Notes under the pieces: generated by a model
Told to the model about the DNA's origin: nothing
Databases searched by the model: none
Seen by the model: the letters and a program-made list of their open reading frames with translations, nothing else
Shown here: positions 17,159 through 29,519 of the stretch, one piece after another
Position numbering within the stretch: position 1 is the stretch's first letter
How the letters are laid out: the number at the start of each line of letters is the position of its first letter
Position numbers and translations under genes: made by a program
Assembly: GCF_009914755.1 (NCBI RefSeq)
Contig: NC_060938.1
Direction: 5' to 3' (one strand)
DNA from: the human T2T-CHM13v2.0 reference genome, Homo sapiens
Length of the DNA: 64,000 bases

Positions 17159-19317
17159 GTATTTTATTTTTTGACGTGATAAATGAATGTTCCTCTGTAA
17201 TTAGTGATTTAGAGCCCTAATATCATATTTGTAAAAACTTAAAACCATTTATGTTTTAGTTTTTAAAATGTTAAAATATATTTAAAAGACATTGGAAATG
17301 TTTACAGATATTACCTTGCTTGGCTTTGGTTTCTGGTGTGAGTGGAAAGAGAACACAACCCCAACTGTAAACCAGAGCACCTAAATTAGTATAAACCCTG
17401 TTCCTAAAGCCCTAGTTGTTCTTTTTGTCTAGGATTTATCCTAATGCTTTTTGACCTTTAGCTCTTTTCTGGATTATTGACTCCTTTGCCAGTTGATCTA
17501 TAGCTAATATTACTGCTTTCATTTTAAGCTCAGCACCAGTTTCCTCTAATTTATGAATAAGTTTCACCCAGCCATTATTTTCTTATATCTTATTTCCATT
17601 ATCTTGTAGAAGCTCAGGACTTCATGCCATAGCTCTCATAGCCTTGTTAGGAGTCTCCCTACAGCAGTAGTGCTGGACTTAAAGTCCTGGCCACCCCACA
17701 TCAATAGAAAATTATTTTTCAGCATAGCAGTTGGACTAACTTTTTCAGATTACTTCTGTAACCTCTACGTCTTAAACCTTAACCTCACTTAACTGGTGAG
17801 TGATCTCAAACTGCTTTCTGGACAGCTCTGTGACCCTACTGTAGGATTTTGGAGAATCCCTTCCTCTTTTATTTTAGACAAAAACCTAGTAATAGAATTG
17901 ATAGGGCATAGAATAGATGTATATTTAACTTTTTAAGTAACTGCTAAAACAGTTTTCCAAAATGATTGTGTAACTTTTACACTCCTACCAGCTATGTGTG
18001 AGAGTTATCCTTGTTTCACATTCTTGCTAACATTTGGTGGTGTCATTCTTAAATTTTTTTTCCTTTGATTTAATCCTGAACCAGAAGTAAATATTTAAAA
18101 TTAAAATTAATTTCACTTTAGTGAATTGGAACTTCTAAGAAATATACGTAAATAGAGATTGCATAATCAAAGGAGAGGTAGTGTTCTAAATAGATCATAA
18201 TGTTTTATTCCAGCAGTTCATAGAATTAAACTGAATTTTTGTGTTCCATTCTTAGAAGTTTGTTTCAGCCCCTTATTTTTTCCTATACATTTTTAGCAGC
18301 TTGTTTTGTACTTGGAAGTTTTATCTTCCAACAGTTCCTTTGTTGTAATTACCTAGGTAGAATAATAGGTATATTAGCAAAATGAATTTGGAATGACAGC
18401 ATGGTCTGGTGTTTACATAATGTTATAAGACACAAAATATATTTTTAGCTTTTAGAGCTAAAGTCCTTTTATGATCTTCCATGAAGATGAAAATTTATGT
18501 TCTATAATCCTACAGTTGCAAGGTTGTGTAAATAATTTGAAACCTACTTAAGAAGAAAATTTCATTTTATATGATTTGGATACATGATGTCCTGTATTTT
18601 CTCACTGAGTTATTCTCTTCAGATACTGAATTCTGTTAGAAGGTAGTTCAGCACACCCTCATTTATGGACTGAAATGCCTTTAATGAATTTAAGATTTCC
18701 ACATTTAAGATTAGTGGCTTTAGAACAATTATTCTTATCCAGCTTGCATACTGCCTTAAGATTCATGGCCAAAGAAAGCCACTACTACTACCTGATTTAA
18801 AGATTTTGTCCTTAGGTGGGTTGGGGAGGAAAAATTGTTGAAAACCACCCTCCTAGAGACTGAAATTTCTTCTTTCATCCAAGTCAACTACACTTAATAT
18901 AAATGTAGATTCATAATAATCTGTTATAGAGAAATTGCTCTTTCAAAATATTTAACACTGATTTCTCACTAGGTCCACTGACAAATATATTTCTCTCCAT
19001 TTACTGAGAATTGTACTTCTTTGTAAAATCTATTCTTTTTAATATTCATTACTAACTTACTGACATTGTAACACTTACTGATTTAAAACAGTTCCCTTAA
19101 GCTCAGATTTAACATTCTTCAGTTGGCTTTCTTAATGAAAAAAGGCCTATAGGTATTTATAATGTCAGGAAAGTACAGGAAAGAATAGTCTAAGCAGAAA
19201 GTGGCATTTACCAAACTTACTCATTGCTGATCTCTTACTTATAATATAGCCAAGTCTGTATTTTTGTGTTATCATATATAAGGATAGGTAGTAGTTAGAT
19301 AATTAAGAATGATTTGA

Positions 19318-19628
<311 letters not shown>

Positions 19629-19791
19629 TGATTTGGTTTTAGAATGGATTCTTGGATCATTTTTTTTTTTCCTTAGGGATTATACAGTATAAGTCAGAGT
19701 CATTTTCTGTGGCAATCCTGTCTTGAGTAATTAAGAATTGGCCATATGTTAAAAAGGTTGGTAGTCCAAAAGGTGAACTAAGAATAGCAAA

Positions 19792-19825
<34 letters not shown>

Positions 19826-19837
19826 ATACACACACAC
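19792..19837 (+). repeat. (AT)n(TG)n-TATA-(CA)n microsatellite
   Basis: Read directly; contains a 22-bp perfect palindrome at 19816-19837. Confidence 0.95.
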
Positions 19838-19987
19838 TGTTAGCCATAGTTTTTCAAGTGTCATACTTATTGCTCCCTTATTATCTAAAAGGTCTGTGAG
19901 TTAATAAGGAGAATAGACAATATGTGATGTGAGTATTGAACAGCACTAAATCTTAATGTTTATTGAAATTACTTTGTTTCATTGCAG

Positions 19988-20088
19988 GTCAGACATATTT
20001 CCAACATTTGGGTCAAAACCTTGTCCAACAAGACTTTCTTCTGCAAAGAAAAAAATTTCTCATATTGCTGAACAAAGCCCCAGTGCAG
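19988..20088 (+). CDS. TOGARAM1: TOGARAM1 coding exon (likely exon 7), 101 nt, phase 2->1
   Basis: ttcattgcag|G acceptor, CAG|gtattc donor; (M)SDIFPTFGSKPCPTRLSSAKKKISHIAEQSPSA. Confidence 0.9.
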
Positions 20089-20309
20089 GTATTCTATGTC
20101 TGTTTATAAAAATAATTTATAAAATATGATTTTCAAATGATGTAAAAAATGATAGCAAGTGCATTTCAGATTTCATGTTGTTGTGCATACTGGTTAAGAC
20201 TAATCATTTTTTTACTCCTTAAAAGGTCCTTTTGACAGGAATATGATATTGTTTTGGAAGAAAAAAATATTTATTTACCTGAATCATCAATCTCTTTTAA
20301 AGCTCAATT

Positions 20310-20446
20310 GGCATACCTATGGCTGGCTCCTACACCTAGATTTTTTATGTAGTTGGTGTGGAGTGTTATTTAGCTGGTGTTGGCTGTCAGAATTTTGAAA
20401 ACTCCTCAGATGATTCTAATGTGCAGCATAGTTTGGGAACCACTGG
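20310..20446. mobile_element. MER5A-like hAT-Charlie remnant
   Basis: gatgattctaatgtgcagcatagtttgggaaccactg terminus. Confidence 0.65.
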
Positions 20447-22055
20447 ACATCCCGAAAGACAATTTTCTTTAAAAACAATATTAACTGTTAATAGTAGTTA
20501 AATTCATGTGTATCTTGTGTTAAGAATTTTTGTGAACTAACCTGTAAGTCTTTAGTTTTATAACATCACTTCTCAGAAAATAGATTTAGTAATTAGTAGT
20601 CAATTAGAAAAAGATTTGCACTATGATCTATTTAGGGTGAGAACTGCATGTGATTCTTCATTATGATTAGTAAAACTACGTTGAATTGTGAATAAACTGT
20701 AACAAATTGGTATATGATGTTTAGTTTCACATGATCTAATGTAAAAGTCCTAACAACTTTAAGCTGCTTTATATTATAATCACCTTCCTAAAAAACTGTA
20801 TATGTATTTGATTATTTGCTAAGATTTTAAATTTCTTGCTCTTAAATGTGTCTTAATCTCAACCCCTCTTTGTAATCCCCACTACCATGGCTTTAGTTCA
20901 CACTTTTCCTCATTTATTACCTACTTAGCCGCCTAAATTTTCTCCCTGCTTCAATCTCACTTACTTTGAAACTGTTCCCCACAGTGCAAATCTGACTATA
21001 CTGGCCAGCCTGAATTCATTCTGGACATGCTTTCATGATCTGGTCCCAGCCTACCTCTCCAGCCTCATTTTTCACTGCCCTCTTTGTATCTTGTACTTTC
21101 CCTGTTTGTATCCAGTTAAATCAGACCACCATCAGTACCATTTCCTATCTCTTTGCAAATGCACATACTGTTTTTTCTGGATGAAATCTAGAATCCATAC
21201 CACACCCTATTTAGCTGTGAAAAGAGCTCAGTTGCTTTCTCTGGGAAGCCTTCCTTAATTCACAAACAAGATTATTACCTCTTTTGTTATACCATTACAT
21301 CTTGCACTGACACCTTTTATAATGATACTACAATTGCTTTACTTTTCTTTAACTCTCAGATTCTTGATCCCCAAAGATTATTTCCCACTGATTACCTATC
21401 AAGGCTTATCATAATCGGGAATGTGTGACTTAACCAGGTGTGTTTAGTATACTGCCTTGCATAAAACTAGTGTTAACAAAGAGATAGCTGCACTTCTAGG
21501 CATACAAAGACAGTATGTAAGTGCTTTGGAGTCCAAAAGATGAGCTGACACCCCAGTTTGATGTTTAATAATAGTATTCATACATTACACAACTTACTTA
21601 ACTGCTTTGGAACTTAGTTCCCTCATCTGACAACATAAACCTTGAGAAGGGTAGTGAAAATCTAAGTTCATGACATATATAAAGCAACTAGTGCATAGTA
21701 GGCACTCAATATGTATTTGTCCTCTAAGGGGAGAGAGTGACCCAAAGAAATACATAAACTTATCCTTAATCCTTTTTCAGGCTGATCATCCTAATCTATA
21801 ATTTTTCAAGTATTTCTGTAAAATTGAAGAGACATCTGATTACTAGATTGTATCTACTTTGTAAAAATGGAACCCACTTTTGGAAGAGTATCTTTGGAAA
21901 TGGAAAATAATAGATTTTAAAAACCTGGATTTGAGTTCCCTTGTGACCCTAGTCGTGTGACCTTGGGAGTCATTTAAGTTTTAGCAGAGTGATCTCATAA
22001 TAGTATAATACATACTTATATATGCAATATTTAGTGTTTTCCAAAGTTGCGTAAT

Positions 22056-22302
<247 letters not shown>

Positions 22303-23035
22303 ACAAAGTTGCCTAATTTTAGGAATCACCCTTGAGTGCATGTAACATCTGTTAATTCTGGGGCCTCATCTCATGCCTCATGAATTCATCTTTCTGGTTA
22401 GAAATCTGTATTTTTAATAAGTAAATTAGGTATTTCTAGGATCAAGTTTTAGAAATACTACTATTATTGAATTCATTATATTAAATTTAACCTTTTCTCA
22501 AAATAAGTTGCTAATGTTTCGGATTTTATATATTTGGGTTTGCTTTGTTTTCAGTAAACAAGTGATTCCTACAAATTTATTGTGGCTTAATTGGTAAAAC
22601 ATAAAAATGATAACGCTCAGAATAAAGACTATTGGATGATAAACACAAAAATAACAATTATTTTAAAATTCCACCTATGTTCTGCCACTACCTATTAAAG
22701 CAAATTGTGCTAAATTTTCTGAATGATATTACAGTAAACTTCTTCTAGTATATTAGATTAGTGTTGCCTATTAATAGAAAACATTTCCACCCAAAGCCAG
22801 TATGTTTATGAGTCTTATTTTATGAATTAACTATCAAGACAGAATTTATAAAGATAATCTGTGTTTTCTACAAATTCTCTATGATTTAATATTGGATATT
22901 CTTGAAACTTTTCTCTGTGAACTTACTTAGTGCCCTTTATTCTACAGTCCTTTCTAGCTTGTTGCCCCAGCTACCTCCTCTTCCTACCTTCCTGTTTTTA
23001 TTCAAATACAACATTATTTTTTAAAAGTCTATTTC

Positions 23036-23323
23036 ACTGGGCACAGTGGCTCACACCTCTAATCCCAGCACTTTGGGAGGCTGAGGCAGGTGAATCACTT
23101 GAGCCCGAGAGTTTGGGACCAGCCTGAGCAACATAGCAAAACCTAATCTCTATCAAAAAAATTAAAAAGTAGCGGAGAATGGTGGCGTGCGCCTGTAGTC
23201 CCAGCTATTCAGGAGGCTGAGGCAGGAGAATCAGGAGAGCCCAGGAGGTTGAAGCTGCAGAGAGCCAAGATAGTGCCAATGTATTCCAGCCTGGATGACA
23301 GAGCAAGAGCCTATCTCAAAAAA

Positions 23324-23362
<39 letters not shown>

Positions 23363-23365
23363 ATA
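23036..23365 (+). mobile_element. AluJ with (TAAA)n tail
   Basis: Full dimer. Confidence 0.86.
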
Positions 23366-23629
23366 TATTTATACATATATACACACATCATTATTGCTTA
23401 ATAGTTTACATTGGAAGTATATATAAAAATGGACAATGACTCAAATATATAATGCCTAGATTTTGCATTTAGTATATGTTTTATGGTTGTAATAGCTGCA
23501 GAGTATTCATAAAGAGTGATGAGTTTAAACATTCAAATGTAAATTAAAATTTTTGTTATTCATTAGAAGGAGACCTACATTAGGGTTTTGCTTTTTTTTT
23601 TTTTTAAATTACGGATATAATAACATTTG

Positions 23630-23855
23630 GGTACTTAAAATGTGTTAGGCACTGTGCGGAGCCCTTTATATGCATTTTCTTCATTTAATCCTAACAACAG
23701 ATGTAGAAGAGGTACTATTATCTCTATTTTACAAATAAGGTTGAGTGACTTGTCCAGGTCTTCTCAGCAGTTTGAGTGGCAGTGCTGTAATTTAAAGCCA
23801 GGAAGCATGATTCCAGATACTGAGCTCTTTATCCCTATGTAGTTTACTGCCTCAT
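23630..23855 (-). mobile_element. MIR
   Basis: tcatttaatcctaacaac...attttacaaata...gtgacttgtccaggtc core motifs. Confidence 0.7.
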
Positions 23856-24126
23856 CAGTGAAGCCAGTACAGAAGGTTAAATTTCATGGTGAGTTAACTT
23901 TTAAGATTTAATATCTCTAAATCAGAATCTTCCCTAAGCATACCAATAAAGAAAAATTACTGAGTATTCTCAGTTTTCAGTTTTTTCGTTTTTCATGGGA
24001 ATAGGAGAAAAGAGAGAAATGGGGAAATAGCTATCTCTTAGGTCACAGTTTGTAAATTCTGGATTAAAAAAAATTTTTTTTTTTTAGTGTAAAGTTAAAG
24101 GTGTCAATTTAAAAAAATACTTGTCA

Positions 24127-24710
<584 letters not shown>

Positions 24711-25416
24711 CATTGTAATTTTAAAGCCTATTTTATGAAATGTTGTAGTATAGCATATAATAAATGTTCTTACCTGCTAAGAACAAGGAAAGGGAAAAGT
24801 ATTAAATAATTTAAAATAGGATAAAACTTCAAAAAGTACTATAATGTTATAGTTCCTAATATTATGTTACTTATCTTTTTAAAAGGTTAGAAGTTGAGAT
24901 AGGTTTAGAGGGGAGATATATACCTTATGTATAATATTGCTTGAATCATTCAGATATTTTATAGGGTTTACAACATCCAGTGTAAGCATAATTGGTCAAC
25001 ATATGAACCATAGGTTTGGATGTGGTGATTTTGAAGACGATAGGTCACTTGATATTTCATCTAGCGCGTTAGAAATACAAAATGAACAATACCCAAGACA
25101 TTGTAAGCCTACACAAGGTTAGTAAATTTCATGACAAGTTAATTTTTAAGGTTGAATATCTAAATCAGAATCCTCCCTAAGCATACTGATAAAGAAAAAT
25201 TAGTGAGAATTCTCAGTTTTGAGGTTTTTCATCTTACTCTGCTGCTGATCTGTTGTTGCTCAAATAATTTTGCCAAATAGGAGAACTCAAGGCTTTGTAT
25301 ATGATTTTTGGGCTTCCCTGAGGAGCCACTGCAAGGAAGCAACTGCTCATGAGGTTAAACACTAGGGAATTTCTGCTGACTTCTGCCCCCAGGAAATGCA
25401 CCAGATACATGCACAC

Positions 25417-25419
<3 letters not shown>

Positions 25420-25447
<28 letters not shown>
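25420..25447 (+). repeat. (CA)n microsatellite
   Basis: Read directly. Confidence 0.95.
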
Positions 25448-25451
<4 letters not shown>

Positions 25452-25614
25452 TTAGAAGACATTTTGCCACTAAAATGGAATGGAAGATCATGTGGATTAA
25501 TAACTCCCAGATGCCCAGTTAGGTTGTAGCCCTGGAGTAAAGTTGGGGCAACAGGAATATAATTTTCCTGTGGTAGAACCTGAGAAAGCTTTGCTGTTAT
25601 CATTAACCATTCTT

Positions 25615-25966
<352 letters not shown>

Positions 25967-26070
25967 CTACTCTGTCCATTGCTTAAGAGATCCTATTACA
26001 GCTGCATTTTAAAAATTTCCCTTACAATAAAAAAAAGTGGTTTTGAAGGGTATAAATATTTAAATAAATG

Positions 26071-26139
26071 TTAGGTTGGTGCAAAAGTAATTGTGGCTTT
26101 TGCCATTTTTAACTGCATACTCCTTTTGCACCAACCTAA
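26071..26139. mobile_element. MADE1 (Hsmar1-derived MITE), internally shortened
   Basis: 17-bp perfect TIR TTAGGTTGGTGCAAAAG/CTTTTGCACCAACCTAA; TA on the right flank. Confidence 0.92.
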
Positions 26140-26226
26140 TAATTAGAAGATGCACCTATAATCTAAAATATGTAAGTAAATAAAAAGCTGTTATTTTCAT
26201 GTGAATAGCAGCTGTGGTCATTATAA

Positions 26227-26557
<331 letters not shown>

Positions 26558-27498
26558 GCCATTTCTGATTATCTTAAATTATGTATGAGCACACAATCAG
26601 GCATTTTAGGACATGAATATTTTTTGTGGACATAACTCAAATTGAGTAAGATGGAGCTTGATTAGAAACTTTTTTTGGTAAATTTCTTAACATTTAGTCT
26701 ATAATATAGTTTAGTACTGTTCTGTTTGGCAGCAATAAGTTGTTATTGTTTTACAAAAGAGAATACGATTTTTCCATATTTATTTACATGTTTTATTTCC
26801 CATGTAAAGAAAATCAAGGACAAAAAATGCTTTTCTTCTTAAAAGTAACTCATACCCTCATGTAATTTTTTATTTCTTTTAATTGCTTTGAAATAACTGT
26901 TGAATATGTTCATTCACTGCTAGTGGCTTCCTTTTTTAGATGGCAGAATCATAAACATATTTACATCTTTTAGCCAGAAGTTAATTCTACTCCATAAAAT
27001 TACATCACATTCGCACATCCAAATCTGAACCAGGTATTTACTAAATCTGTCTTGGCAACAAGAACAAACACGTTGAAAACCAAATTTAGCTTTCTTCCTA
27101 TACCCATTTCTCTTCCTTTGATGTCCATTTTTATTGGTAGCATTACCATTTTCCCAGTTATGGAGGCTTAAAGCTTTACAGTCATTTTTGTCTCTTTACC
27201 TTCCAAGTTTAGGAGGTGGCTTATCCTATCATTTACTCTCAGTCTAACTTAATGTATCTGCTGCCATAGTTGTAATTTGGGCCCTCTTTACCACTTCCCT
27301 GGGTAATTACAAATCTTTCTGGTAAGGCTTCCCTCTTATTTTCATTCCTCTTAAATCCAGGCTGCATAGTCTTCCAGAATTGTCTTTCTAAAATACAGTC
27401 ATTATCTCTTCCATACTCAGAACCTTGATTGACACATAAAACTAACACCTGGAAAAAAAAAACAAAAACCTTGAGTGGTTCTCTGTTTTCTTTTTTTT

Positions 27499-27824
27499 GC
27501 AGTTGCAAGATTTAATAGAGTGAAAATAGAGCTCCCATACAAAGGGAGGGGACCCAAGGAGGGTAGCCGTTGCCAGCTCGAATGCCTGGGTTTATATCCC
27601 AATCAATGTCCCCTCCTGCTGTGCTCTCAGGCGATAGATGATTGGCTATTTCTTTACCTCCTGTTTTTGCCTAATTAGCATTTTAGTGAGCTCTCTTTAC
27701 TACCTGATTGGTCGAGTGTGAGCTAAGTTGCAAGCCCCGTGTTTAAAGGTGGATGCGGTCACCTTCCCAGCTAGGCTTAGGGACTCGCTGTCGGCCTAGG
27801 AAATCCAGCTAGTCCTTTCTCTCA
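27499..27824 (-). mobile_element. LTR17 3' LTR, U3-R only (326 bp)
   Basis: Starts TGAGAGAAAGGACTAGCTGGATTTCCTAGG; contains CCAAT and GATATAAA; ends ...CTATTAAATCTTGCAACTGC followed by the A tail; PPT-like GAGAGGGCGGAC immediately upstream. Confidence 0.93.
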
Positions 27825-27882
27825 GTCCGCCCTCTCAACAGGAAAACTCAAGTGCTGTTGGGGTGGTTGGCTGATGACTGCT

Positions 27883-29512
27883 CTAACTGCTTCCTGCTGA
27901 ATTGGGGCATAGTAGGGGTCATGCAGTTGAGATTTCCTCGGGAGGGGTGACTTCAGTGTCATCAACATCAGAGCATGGGCTAGCAGGCTGGTCCAGGGGT
28001 CTGTGGTAGATTTTAGTCATGGACTGCATCTGGGGCTCCATTTGAAGAGCCATTTGTAGCTTTACCGCTTCGATTCTGGAAGAGACCAATTTAATAAGGA
28101 GGTTAAAGATACAGGGTCCAAAGAAGAGTAACAATATTATAGCTGCTAGAGGTCCTAAGAAGGGGAGAATCCAGGGCATCCACTGGCTGAGGAGGCCCCA
28201 GGGTCTGGTGCTTTGAAGCTCCTATGCTCTGCGTTGTATTCCATCTCGAATTTCTTTAACTTTCTCAGTGATGATTCCAGATTGATTAACATAATAACAG
28301 CATTCTTCCCCTAAAAATAAACAGGTTCCCCCTCTTTCTGCAGTTAGCAAGTCTAAAGCTCTTCGATTTTGAAGTACTACTGCTGCTAGGGAGTTAAGTT
28401 GATCTTGCAAGGTGACCAGGGAGTCGGCAACCCGTTCCATGTCACCATTTAGTTCTTGAGATAGTTTGTAGTAGAACTGAGTAGAGGTTGTGATACTGCC
28501 CATGCCAGTACCTAATCTGCCTAGCATTCCTGCTCGGATAACAAAAGGAAGAATGGGTACTCTTTTGTTGCGGGGCTTAGGTACGACATAATTGTATAAA
28601 TCTTGTTCAGTGTAGATGGTCATAGGGTGCACTAAGAATGAGAGGAAGCACATAGATTCCGAAAAGCCATTCAAACAGTGATAGGCTGAGGTACCACAGA
28701 CAAAAAATATTCCTGAGGGTAGGCAGACTATTTGTGTGGGAGGAGTTACCCATCTGATGCACTGGGAGTTGGTTGTGTCTATAGTATTGCTAAATTTTAC
28801 ACGGGTGAGGTTTGAGGTATGGGTTATTTCCAGATTGGAAACAAGAGGTCCTACTAAAATGGAAGTGGTGTTTATTTCTGTGCTGAAGTTGTTCCATTGT
28901 TCAGGTACAGGGATTGAAATATGTGGCCTGTAGTGCAGGGGGAGGCACATTCAACAGTTAGTAGGGTTTTGGGCCAAGGCCTCATGGAGCCCAGTGAGGG
29001 TGGTATTAAATAGGCTTACCTGGTGAGTATGGGTATGGAGGGTTTCATGTAGTTTTGAGAGATCTAGTCCTTTGTAGGGGTTAGGGGTGCTATGTACCCG
29101 GGTCAGTTGGGAGATTACTTCCTTTATGTGTTTTTCTCCTGCCTGATCTTGAACTCCACGCCCATCAGACATACTGGTATGGGTGAAGTAAGTCCAACAG
29201 ACAGTGGCTCCAAGTCCTCCCGGACAACTAGGATTAAAAATTTTCCCTGTCCAATAATGAGTATTTGCATGCATGCAAAGAGTGGCAGAGTTACAGCAGT
29301 TGCGGGGCATATGGGTATGGGGCAGTGAAGGTGGGGTTTCCCTTAGATAAACTCCTATATGATGGGGCATCAATATTTCCGGGAAGCCGCATTCTCCATA
29401 GAAACTCTTGGTAACGGGAGCTACTGGTCATACAGTGGCATGGAGGGGGTGCAGTGAGAATGAAAGGGGGTAAGAGAACAGTAAAGAGAAAAATATGATA
29501 AGGGAGGGCCAT
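27883..29512 (-). pseudogene. HERV-W env (syncytin-1/MSRV-like) pseudogene
   Basis: MALPYHIFLFTVLLP signal peptide, RNKR furin site, LQNRRALDLLTAERGGTCLFLGEECC ISD/CX6CC, TM anchor; one +1 frameshift near 29320 and stops at 28951, 28222 and 27919. Confidence 0.95.
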
Positions 29513-29519
29513 GGGGATT

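Noticed and set aside
27883-29512. Possible ERVW-1 (syncytin-1) gene
   Set aside because: It has a frameshift and three stops, keeps LQMA, has no 5' LTR or U5, and sits in a TOGARAM1 intron
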